A program made the translations under genes and the position numbers. DNA of 32,962 nucleotides from a virus (lineage: Duplodnaviria > Caudoviricetes). Each line of letters begins with the position of its first letter. The stretch's first letter is position 1. The stretch is taken from positions 1-32,962 of the IMG/VR virus record IMGVR_UViG_3300025057_000030; one strand, given 5' to 3'. Shown here piece after piece: positions 8,990 to 17,333 of the stretch. The notes under the pieces are model-generated. The model was not told the DNA's origin. It searched no databases and saw nothing but the letters and a program-made list of their open reading frames with translations.

Positions 8990-9382
8990 ATGCCAGCTTC
9001 CAACCTTGAAAAAATCCAGTCGCAGGCCGATTATTCCGGCGCTGGCAAACTGGTTGATATGCAATTTGCTGTCGCCGATTTGACCGAAGCCATCACCTAC
9101 GCAACCGACGGAATCGAAATCGACTGGGCAGACATCAACGAAAGCCTTGTCGCCGACGACGTGCTGTTTGCTCACATGGTTCCGAAGGGCCCGCCTTCCG
9201 AATCTGTGGACACCTACGTTTGTCGCTACAACTACGCAACCGCGAAGATGCAAATCTTCCAGACCGTTGACGTCGCCACCACCCCCGGCGCTTCTTTGCT
9301 GTCTGAGGTTGCGGACACGACCGCGATTGCGACCGACTTTCGCCTTTTCGTTGCGTTTGTGACACCTGGAACCAACGCATAA
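8990..9382 (+). CDS. Putative capsid decoration/cement protein
   Basis: 130 aa, beta-rich, directly after the capsid gene; YATDGIEI and YNYATAKMQIF...EVADTT pattern; AAGGA RBS. Confidence 0.5.
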   Translation: MPASNLEKIQSQADYSGAGKLVDMQFAVADLTEAITYATDGIEIDWADINESLVADDVLFAHMVPKGPPSESVDTYVCRYNYATAKMQIFQTVDVATTPGASLLSEVADTTAIATDFRLFVAFVTPGTNA

Positions 9383-9409
9383 ACCCCTTTTGCATTCGGA
9401 GGTCAACAG

Positions 9410-9883
9410 ATGCAAACGGACAAACTGAAAGACAACGACGGGATCGGGATTTCCGATTACCTGCGGACGCTTCCGCCGACTGAACATCGCAACGCCTGCG
9501 ACGAGATCGCGGAATGGTGCGGCCTCAAACAATGGTGCGAAATGGAAGAGCCGTTTCAAACTTACGTCGGTTGGGCCTTGGAAGGCGAGAACGGAAGTTA
9601 CGGAAACGGGCGTTCGTTTCAATTGGAAATCATGGGTTCGGGCGTTTCTCTCATGCAAGGCTTTGACCGGCGAAACCGTCGAAAAATCAAAACCTTTGAA
9701 CTCGGAAGCGTTGTGACGCTTCGCCCAAACGAAGCCCGCGTTACTTTCAAGACCTACGGCGAGATTTCGTCGATGGCGTCGGATCGGGGGAAGGTTCGCG
9801 AACTCGTCACGATTGAACACGACGAAGCGATTGAACCGCCAAAGGGCAACAGCCCCCAACAAGGGGGAAAGCGTAAACGATGA
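9410..9883 (+). CDS. Hypothetical virion-associated protein
   Basis: GGAGG RBS, ATGA coupling to the next gene; no family recognised. Confidence 0.6.
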   Translation: MQTDKLKDNDGIGISDYLRTLPPTEHRNACDEIAEWCGLKQWCEMEEPFQTYVGWALEGENGSYGNGRSFQLEIMGSGVSLMQGFDRRNRRKIKTFELGSVVTLRPNEARVTFKTYGEISSMASDRGKVRELVTIEHDEAIEPPKGNSPQQGGKRKR

Positions 9884-10608
9884 GCAACCGAGCAGGACAG
9901 CGGGGTACAGTCGTTCGAGGCGAACAAGATTCGTTGCATTACAGGCTTATGCTTGACGATGTCGAATCCACCTTGACGGCTGCAGAGGTCGCTATTCTGG
10001 ACACGAACGGAAACGCAATCATCGCCCGCACGGGCACAGGCGTTACAACTTCCGGGGCCGTGGCAACCTATACCCGCACCTGGTCGGCGTCATCGTTTGA
10101 AATAGAAGACGGCTTTCGAGCAGTTTTCTATCTGACGAGCGGAGGCGTTGAATACACGCGACGACTGTATTTCGATGTTGTGATTCGCGCCTTTCATTCG
10201 CAACTGTCGGATTCCGACATAACCGAGGTCAACCCGTACATTGAAACACTGACGGGACAAACCTCGCTCGCCAGCTTCCGCCGTGAGGCGTGGCGACAAA
10301 TCTCCGACACGTTGCGCCAACGTTTGCAAGATCGAAACTTTCGTTCTGTGAATCCGGGCAACGTGTTCTATCCTGAACAATTCTTTGAAGCTCACCGGCT
10401 GCTTTCGATGTCTCGCTATTATTTCGCGACGTCCTTTGCAAGCGCAGGTTCCGAGGATTGGGATAAATACCTTACCTTGAGAGAGCAGGCGAACGCACTG
10501 ATTGATCAACAACTGTCAAAGATTGACGTTGACTTGTACCCGGCGGACGGTCGCCTCGAACCACAGGAACGCGGGCGCAATTACAGCGGGATCGGGCTTG
10601 TTCGATGA
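9880..10608 (+). CDS. Putative head-tail adaptor/connector
   Basis: N-terminal beta-rich domain plus helical C-terminal domain; position in the neck region. Confidence 0.5.
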   Translation: MSNRAGQRGTVVRGEQDSLHYRLMLDDVESTLTAAEVAILDTNGNAIIARTGTGVTTSGAVATYTRTWSASSFEIEDGFRAVFYLTSGGVEYTRRLYFDVVIRAFHSQLSDSDITEVNPYIETLTGQTSLASFRREAWRQISDTLRQRLQDRNFRSVNPGNVFYPEQFFEAHRLLSMSRYYFATSFASAGSEDWDKYLTLREQANALIDQQLSKIDVDLYPADGRLEPQERGRNYSGIGLVR

Positions 10609-11018
10609 GTTTTGTAACGGCTATCGCCAGCCTACGAACGGCGATTGAAGCAACGGGGCTTACAGATACCGGAGGCGATTCGGATAGCACGTTGCTCAAT
10701 TCCAGCCGGGCAAACTTCGACGGCGCGTATCTTATCCGCGTGGAAACAGGCGCGGGCCTCTATCGAGAATTGAAACTTGACCCCGAGGCGTTTTCGGTCA
10801 CAATTTCGCTTGAGATTGGAACCACGCACAAGACGAGCGAAACCTTCGCAACCTCGCAGGCGCGGGCGGCGTTACGTTCACAACTGGCGGTTGAAGCCTT
10901 GATCTCTGCGAACCATACCGACGTGATAAACATCACGCGCACAGGAACGGCGACGGTTCAAGTTGTTGACCGAAAACAGGTCACGACACAACAGTTTGTT
11001 TTGATTTATCGGGAGTAG
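10605..11018 (+). CDS. Putative tail terminator/completion protein
   Basis: 137 aa alpha/beta protein shortly before the tail tube; ATGA coupling. Confidence 0.5.
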   Translation: MSFVTAIASLRTAIEATGLTDTGGDSDSTLLNSSRANFDGAYLIRVETGAGLYRELKLDPEAFSVTISLEIGTTHKTSETFATSQARAALRSQLAVEALISANHTDVINITRTGTATVQVVDRKQVTTQQFVLIYRE

Positions 11019-11024
11019 TCAGAC

Positions 11025-11168
11025 ATGAGCGACAGAGGCCGAAACGACGTCAAATACCTTCCCGCCTGCTTTGACGAAAAAGAAGAGTTTGTGCAGTTGG
11101 TTGAACCTGTTGAGCCTTCCGAGCCTGAAGAGAACAAATCGAACGACGACAACGACAACGACGAATAG
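11025..11168 (+). CDS. Small acidic hypothetical protein (47 aa)
   Basis: MSDRGRNDVKYLPACFDEKEEFVQLVEPVEPSEPEENKSNDDNDNDE; GGGAG upstream; fills the intergenic gap. Confidence 0.5.
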   Translation: MSDRGRNDVKYLPACFDEKEEFVQLVEPVEPSEPEENKSNDDNDNDE

Positions 11169-11182
11169 AAGGAGCCTGAACA

Positions 11183-12619
11183 ATGGCAGGTGATTACAAA
11201 CGCGCGGCCCTCGGGCTTGTTGGTTTCGTTCCCGAGGTCAATCAGGGATATTCCCCTTTTGAACAGGCGTCGAAATCCAGTGGCAACACGACCACAACGC
11301 TTGTGGTTGACGTGCAAACCACAACTTCGGATCTATACCCGGCGGGGCTGGCCGATGCGACCGCCAGACAAAACTACCTCGCCGACTACTTCAACGGCCT
11401 GTCTGTGTACCTTCCCGCAACGGAGGAACACAGCTACATTACAGACACGGCCTACGTTGAAGCCTCGAATGCTTTGACCTTGACGTTGTCGCCTGCTCTC
11501 GCTGCAGCCCGTGACAGTGCGACTTTTTACATTCTCGGTCGCCTGCCTGCGACTTCCGATTTCACCGTCGGGAAAGAAAACCTTTCTCGCCTCGATTTCC
11601 GCCGGGGTTCCTGGACTCCGCCCTCGAACCTGAAAGGTTTGTCACAGGTCGAAGGTTCGGTTGAATCCGAAATCCTCGGTTTGGAAACACAACTCGAAAA
11701 GACCGTCACGCCCGCTTTGGATCGGTACTCCCACCTTTTGAGCGCCATCGGGACACGTTCGGCGCACGAAGGCGGAACCACGACCAGCGGTTCGACGACC
11801 ACAACAATTGAACTCGATACAAGCAACGCAAACGTTTTCAGCGCGGGCGATGCGGTGTTGATCGGCGAAGAAGTCGCCTATGTGACCGAAGCGGTTGAAG
11901 ACGCTGGCGGCGATAGCATTATCGTTGCGCCCGCTCTTTCCTCTGCCCCGGCCTCGGGCGTTGCAGTCTTCGCAGGCGAGAAAATCACGCCCGACGATAC
12001 CGGACAACTTTCTTTGACGTTCATTGAACTGATTGACGACCAGTTGTTTCAACACAAGGGTTGTGTCGTCAACCTTTCGCTTTCTTCGCAGTTTTCCCAA
12101 ACGCTTTCGATTTCCATTGAAGCGACTGGCGAAGACTTTGCGTTGACCGATTCGTTTTCGGTGTCTGGCAATATCCCGCTTGCGTCGAAGAACTCGACAC
12201 CCCCGGCGCCTGTCAAATTCGTTCAGGGCCGCGCCTACTTTGGAACCACTGAACTTGATTGTTCGAATGTGGATTTCAATTACAACATCGAACGCAGCGT
12301 CGTTCGTGATACTGGCGACAGCGACACGGCTTCGCAGACTGTCATTGTGACCGGACGCGCACCTTCCGCCGGGGTTTCCTTCCGTAACAAGTCGAAAACC
12401 TTCAAAGACACGACCGAAGCGAACGGAACACAAAGCCGGCTGTTGTTGCAGTTTGGCGCAGAAGCCGGGGCCTGTATCGCAATCATCGGCAACGCGCAAC
12501 CGAGCGACCCCGCAACTTACGGCGACAACGAAGGGATTTCGACTTACGACGCGACCTTTGCTTTCGTTGACGACGAAGTTCAAACAAGTTACAACAAAGC
12601 CTACTTCTATCGTTTCTAA
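11183..12619 (+). CDS. Major tail (tube) protein with inserted beta domains
   Basis: 478 aa, Thr/Ser-rich, precedes the chaperone-frameshift-tape measure block; AGGAG RBS. Confidence 0.7.
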   Translation: MAGDYKRAALGLVGFVPEVNQGYSPFEQASKSSGNTTTTLVVDVQTTTSDLYPAGLADATARQNYLADYFNGLSVYLPATEEHSYITDTAYVEASNALTLTLSPALAAARDSATFYILGRLPATSDFTVGKENLSRLDFRRGSWTPPSNLKGLSQVEGSVESEILGLETQLEKTVTPALDRYSHLLSAIGTRSAHEGGTTTSGSTTTTIELDTSNANVFSAGDAVLIGEEVAYVTEAVEDAGGDSIIVAPALSSAPASGVAVFAGEKITPDDTGQLSLTFIELIDDQLFQHKGCVVNLSLSSQFSQTLSISIEATGEDFALTDSFSVSGNIPLASKNSTPPAPVKFVQGRAYFGTTELDCSNVDFNYNIERSVVRDTGDSDTASQTVIVTGRAPSAGVSFRNKSKTFKDTTEANGTQSRLLLQFGAEAGACIAIIGNAQPSDPATYGDNEGISTYDATFAFVDDEVQTSYNKAYFYRF

Positions 12620-12642
12620 AAACCAGACATCGGAGGTCAACA

Positions 12643-13224
12643 ATGTCTCGTTTTACTCTTAAAGCGTTGCGAAACGCTCGAATCCCCCTGATTTCCAAAT
12701 TCGACCCGTCTATAAACTGGTTGGCAATGGAAGCGCAGGGCGTTTATTTTGAAGATCCGCCCGAGGGTGGCGAGCTTTACAACGCAAAAAAGCACACAGA
12801 TTTGGTTGTTTGCCGTGACGGTGAAACGCCGATCAAGTTCTATGCCCATTCACCCACAACAAAGGAACAGATCGTTGCCTTTGATATGGCAGGAATGGAA
12901 GTAGATTCCGAGTCTGGGGCACGGTATTTGGGTTCGTCTGGAGGGGCGACCCAGTACCTCCCCGGCAACGGGGCTCTTGTCGGGATGACCTCCGCTTGCA
13001 AGTGCCTCGCCCTTCTTTGCATTGACACGGTCGAAGGGCTGGAAATCAGCCTGCCCGAGAAAGAAGTCAATGCCTACGGATTGAAGCAACAGTCGGACGC
13101 TTTTATTCAGGCGATTTCTCCGGTTGACGAAGAGGGAAGAGCCTACGAAGAATTCGCCGACATGATCCTCGAAGAAATCGGCGCTGTTTTCTTGAGCGGC
13201 GACGACGACGAAGCGGGAAACTGA
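12643..13224 (+). CDS. Tail assembly chaperone (lambda G analogue)
   Basis: Between tail tube and tape measure; ends in slippery G GGA AAC TGA. Confidence 0.75.
   Translation: MSRFTLKALRNARIPLISKFDPSINWLAMEAQGVYFEDPPEGGELYNAKKHTDLVVCRDGETPIKFYAHSPTTKEQIVAFDMAGMEVDSESGARYLGSSGGATQYLPGNGALVGMTSACKCLALLCIDTVEGLEISLPEKEVNAYGLKQQSDAFIQAISPVDEEGRAYEEFADMILEEIGAVFLSGDDDEAGN
13215..13221 (+). other. Programmed -1 ribosomal frameshift site GGGAAAC
   Basis: X XXY YYZ heptamer in the correct phase just before the stop; the -1 frame is open to 13634. Confidence 0.85.
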
Positions 13225-13634
13225 TTGAAGGGCTGGAATCGGCGTTTTACTGGCCCTATTTGAAAGAGCAGGACGGGCTACAAAACGACTGTTCCATTTG
13301 TTCGCAGGATTCCCGTGTTTCAGAGATTTGGGGCTGCAAAGGCGAATCGCCAGCGCGCGGCGGGTATGTATACGAAATCGCAGGTCGTGCAACCCGTCGT
13401 TGCCCCATTTCTCGTTTCAAGGTTCCAGCCGTTCAAACGGCCCTCCAACTCTACGGCGCTTACAAGCGGGGCATCCTTCCGAGCCCTGGTTGTCTTGACG
13501 ACCAAAGCGCCCTTTACTGCGAAGTCATGTTTCTTTGTGAGAATTTGGAGGCTCAGGCCGCCAATTGGGACATGAAACAGACGCAAGAAAAAGCCGAACG
13601 CGCCCGCAAATCCCGCAAACAGAAAGGCCGTTGA
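13221..13634 (+). CDS. Tail assembly chaperone frameshift extension (lambda T analogue)
   Basis: -1 frame LIEGLESAFYWPYLKEQ...GILPSPGCLDDQ...; no convincing own start; ends 1 nt before the tape measure ATG. Confidence 0.75.
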   Translation: MIEGLESAFYWPYLKEQDGLQNDCSICSQDSRVSEIWGCKGESPARGGYVYEIAGRATRRCPISRFKVPAVQTALQLYGAYKRGILPSPGCLDDQSALYCEVMFLCENLEAQAANWDMKQTQEKAERARKSRKQKGR

Positions 13635-13635
13635 C

Positions 13636-16497
13636 ATGGCAACCCAACCTTTTGTAATCCCCATCACAACCGACATCAAAGGCGCGCAACAGGGCTTTCA
13701 GAAGTTGCAGAGAAACGCAAAGCGCTCTTTCTCTGGCATTTCAAAGGCAGCGTCGAACCTTGGCAACGTGATTACGGGCTTTTCGTCGGCTGTTGACCTT
13801 GCAAAAGGCGCGCTTGACGCGCTTGACCGCTCAATGCAGGCGATTGTAAAGACGGGGCAGCAACTGGACAGGGCCAACTTTTTCGGAGTCCAGGCGAAGG
13901 AGGTGCAGGCGCTTCAACGTCAATTCGACGGTGCAATCACAAAAGCACAGTCGTTGAATACGTTGATTGAATTGCAGGCGTCGGGCGTCGGCAAGGAGCT
14001 TGCGCCACAACTCGCAAAGGCAGCGCGGGCGTTGTCGTTTGTGTCTGGTCTTTCTCGATCCGAACTCTTGCAGCAGTTGTCGTCGGGCGATGTTTCCGAC
14101 GAAGTGTTGCAGAAGATTGGTGTTCGCGCTGGCGAGTTGGCCCTTGCAACGCAACAAAGAGCAAACGCGCTTGACCGTGAATTGACGAAATACGACAAGG
14201 TACAAATCGCGCTCGGGCTTGTGAACAAAGGCGCGGCTAGACTCGGAACGACAATTGACAGCCTTGTCAAGAAAGACGTTGTTTCGCCGATAACGAAGTT
14301 ACGCAACAGCCTTTCCGACATTGGTTTCGGCGTCTTGCGTTCGGTAGCGCCTGCGATCTTGAATCTTGTCAATCGTTTGGGCGGCGTTGACGGTATCGTT
14401 CGTCGTGTTGAGCGGTTCGTGAAAAACTCGCTTGTTCCTTTCATTGAAGGCTTACCCGCCAAAATCGAAAAGGGCATTGACAAGATCAAGGCAGAGTTGA
14501 AAGCGGGCGGTTCGCTGTCAGCCGTACTTGGTAAACAGCTTGCGCTTGTGTTTTTCGAGGGAATCAAGCAAGCCTTCAAAATGGCCGGCAAGTACATTGT
14601 CAAAAACCCCGACGTTTTGATTCCACTTGGTATCGGTTCTGCGATTGCAGGCGCTATCGTGAAAGGATTCAAGTTTGCACAAAAGAAGCTGGCAGGGACA
14701 ACAACAAAGCCCGGTTTGCCTGGTTCTAGCGATACGCCCGCTTTGGATAGTAGCCTGTCGCGCCCATCGTCTCGACAAAAAGCCGTCAACAACTTTGAAT
14801 CGGGAATAATCGGGGCGGGCGGTCGCAGGGGCGGTCGTCGAAGGGGCGTATCGAGGGCGGCGCAAGAGTTAGCAGCAGAAAGGGCCGCATTGCAAAGCGA
14901 AGCGCGGGCTTTGACTCGAAACTTCCTGTCGAATGCCCTTGACGCGATCTCCAACTTGGGCGGGACAATCTCGGGCGTGTTTTCGTCGTTGCGTGACCTT
15001 CCCGAGAAAGCCCGCGTTTTCCTGAGTACGAAACGAACGCGCGAAGCCCTGTTGTCGGTTCTCAAGATTGCCGACAAACCACTTCGACAGCAACTGCAAT
15101 TGATTCGCCAGAACAAGCGCTTGACCGACCAACAGAAACAAAGCGCGGTGATTTTTGCAATCCAGTCGAAGGCCGGACTTGACGACGCGCGGGAATACCT
15201 GCGAAACCAAAACGTCGTTACGAAGGAATTGAAGGCGCAAAACTCTTTCCTACAGTCGAACGCACAGCAAGCCGCAATCGCTCGCCTTGAAAACGACCGC
15301 CAAACCGACGTCGTGACAAACCTTCGTCAACTCGACTTGCAACTACAAACGCTTTTGATTGACCGGCAACGACTGGTCGGAAAAATATCAAAACAGCGCG
15401 GCGTTGCCCTGGTACGCTCGAAAGCCCTGTTGCAGATTATCGACCAACAGATTGCACGAACAGGCGAATTCACGAAAGCCTATGCGAAACAAAACGAGTT
15501 GCAGAAAATCGCAATCAGCTTTCAACGAACGCTTGCAGACCTCGAACGTCAACAGGAAATCGCCCGCGCAAAGGCTCTATCGGATCGCATTCGAGAAAAC
15601 GCTTTGTTGCAGACGCAGGAAGCAAAGGCCGCGTTGCTTTCGGCGCGTGGATTCGGGGCACAGGCAACACTCGAACAACAGCGCATCGCCGCAAAACGAA
15701 CCATTCTTGATTTGGATCAAAAGATTCTGGAAACGAATCAGGCGATTCAAAAGACCGCGCTACAGGCCGCAGCCGATGCCCTCAAGGGCAACACGCAGGC
15801 ATTCAAGGCCGGACAGGTGAGAGTCAAAGCATTGCAGGCGCAGAAGACAGGACTCGAAGAGCAACGCGACCTGCAAAAGCAGGTAGGGGCGCAGCTTGTG
15901 GAAAATGCGAGGCGGGCGACGACTTTTGCGGGCGGACTTCAACAGGCATTTGCCGACGCCGAAAACACGGCGCGCAACTTCTCAAACGCCCTCGGGCAAC
16001 AATTGGGCGGGCTCGCAAAGTCGGCAATCAATTTTGCAACCGACAGTTTGGTTCGTTTGGGCGAAGGACTCGGGCAGTTGGCGCAGGGTTTGAAGGGGTT
16101 TGACTTTGGCGCGGACTTCCGAAAGCGGGCGTTGTCGTTCCTGTCTGATTTGGCGGTGCAGCTCGGTTCGTTCTTTATTACAGCGGGAACCGGGCTTTTG
16201 TTGACAGGTGATGTCGCGCGGGGCCCTGCGTTGATCGGTATCGGCGCGGCCCTCGCTACTGGCGGAGGATTCGCAAAGGCTTTCGCAGGTGGCGGAGGCG
16301 CGTCGGCGTCAACGGCTGGATTGAATGCGATTCGCCAAAGCCCGAGTGCAGCGCCGACAAGACAACAACAAACGGTCACACAGGAAACTTATATTCTGTT
16401 TAACCGTGCGCCGTGGTCTTTGGGTACGCCTGAGCAGGAATTCCGACAGTTCAAACAATGGCAACAATCGAATAGTCGTACAGTGGGGGCGAGATAA
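13636..16497 (+). CDS. Tail tape measure protein
   Basis: 953 aa, helical, Ala/Gln/Leu-rich, hydrophobic segments, follows the chaperones. Confidence 0.88.
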   Translation: MATQPFVIPITTDIKGAQQGFQKLQRNAKRSFSGISKAASNLGNVITGFSSAVDLAKGALDALDRSMQAIVKTGQQLDRANFFGVQAKEVQALQRQFDGAITKAQSLNTLIELQASGVGKELAPQLAKAARALSFVSGLSRSELLQQLSSGDVSDEVLQKIGVRAGELALATQQRANALDRELTKYDKVQIALGLVNKGAARLGTTIDSLVKKDVVSPITKLRNSLSDIGFGVLRSVAPAILNLVNRLGGVDGIVRRVERFVKNSLVPFIEGLPAKIEKGIDKIKAELKAGGSLSAVLGKQLALVFFEGIKQAFKMAGKYIVKNPDVLIPLGIGSAIAGAIVKGFKFAQKKLAGTTTKPGLPGSSDTPALDSSLSRPSSRQKAVNNFESGIIGAGGRRGGRRRGVSRAAQELAAERAALQSEARALTRNFLSNALDAISNLGGTISGVFSSLRDLPEKARVFLSTKRTREALLSVLKIADKPLRQQLQLIRQNKRLTDQQKQSAVIFAIQSKAGLDDAREYLRNQNVVTKELKAQNSFLQSNAQQAAIARLENDRQTDVVTNLRQLDLQLQTLLIDRQRLVGKISKQRGVALVRSKALLQIIDQQIARTGEFTKAYAKQNELQKIAISFQRTLADLERQQEIARAKALSDRIRENALLQTQEAKAALLSARGFGAQATLEQQRIAAKRTILDLDQKILETNQAIQKTALQAAADALKGNTQAFKAGQVRVKALQAQKTGLEEQRDLQKQVGAQLVENARRATTFAGGLQQAFADAENTARNFSNALGQQLGGLAKSAINFATDSLVRLGEGLGQLAQGLKGFDFGADFRKRALSFLSDLAVQLGSFFITAGTGLLLTGDVARGPALIGIGAALATGGGFAKAFAGGGGASASTAGLNAIRQSPSAAPTRQQQTVTQETYILFNRAPWSLGTPEQEFRQFKQWQQSNSRTVGAR

Positions 16498-17333
16498 TGG
16501 GCCTAGGCAATCCTCCGGCGTTTGTCGGAAAAATCTCTGTTACCTCTTCGAATAACGAATTGTATTGGGATGAACAGACAAGCGGGGCGAACACGGCGAC
16601 ACTGGGGAACGGTGAATACTACCCCGACGCCCTTTGCGCTGCGATTTCGTCTGCCATGTCGCTAGCCTCGGTTGCGGGAAACACCTACGGTTGTTCGTTT
16701 TCTGTGGAGACAGGAAAATACACCGTGACACGGGCGGGCGGAACCGAAGACTTTGCGATTGACCCGCGAACATCGCAGGCGGGCAACCTCTGGATCGGTG
16801 GAACCGAAGACACGGGCGGCGGAACCTGGTCGTCGGATCAATACGGCCCCAACTTTCTCGGATGGAAAGCAGCCGCCAGCTTGACAGCCTACGCCTCCGA
16901 ACAGACAAGCCCGAATGTTGCGGGCGTGGTTTGGTATCCATCGCAGCCGCCTCAAGACGACGACGGCGGGGTTGACGATGCGCTTGTAACGCAGGCGAGC
17001 GCGATAGATGGAACGACCACGACCTTTGATTTCACAGGTTGGGAAACCTCGAACGACGCTGCGAATTTTCCGCATTACCTCGGAAAGAATCAGTTGCGGC
17101 GCTGGCGGTTTCGTTACATCACGCAAGAAAGCCGCGAACAGTATATTCAGTTCTGGGGGCCGTGGGCGAAGACGGGCGGGGCGTTCCTGTTTTATCCCGA
17201 CTACACCGACGACTCTGTTTCGTATGAGTACAAGTTGACGCGGGAAAGTTGCCAGCGCCGAACCTTTTCAGAGCGAACAGTGCAGGGATACCCGTATTAT
17301 TCGGGCGAATTGCAGGCAAGGGGCGCAGCGTGA
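16497..17333 (+). CDS. Putative distal tail protein
   Basis: First gene after the tape measure (TAATG overlap), aromatic beta-rich. Confidence 0.55.
   Translation: MGLGNPPAFVGKISVTSSNNELYWDEQTSGANTATLGNGEYYPDALCAAISSAMSLASVAGNTYGCSFSVETGKYTVTRAGGTEDFAIDPRTSQAGNLWIGGTEDTGGGTWSSDQYGPNFLGWKAAASLTAYASEQTSPNVAGVVWYPSQPPQDDDGGVDDALVTQASAIDGTTTTFDFTGWETSNDAANFPHYLGKNQLRRWRFRYITQESREQYIQFWGPWAKTGGAFLFYPDYTDDSVSYEYKLTRESCQRRTFSERTVQGYPYYSGELQARGAA

Noticed and set aside
13920-15116. 398-aa minus-strand ORF within the tape measure gene, and a similar 333-aa ORF at 11642-12643
   Set aside because: Antisense to well-supported genes, with no RBS or motifs; explained by codon bias
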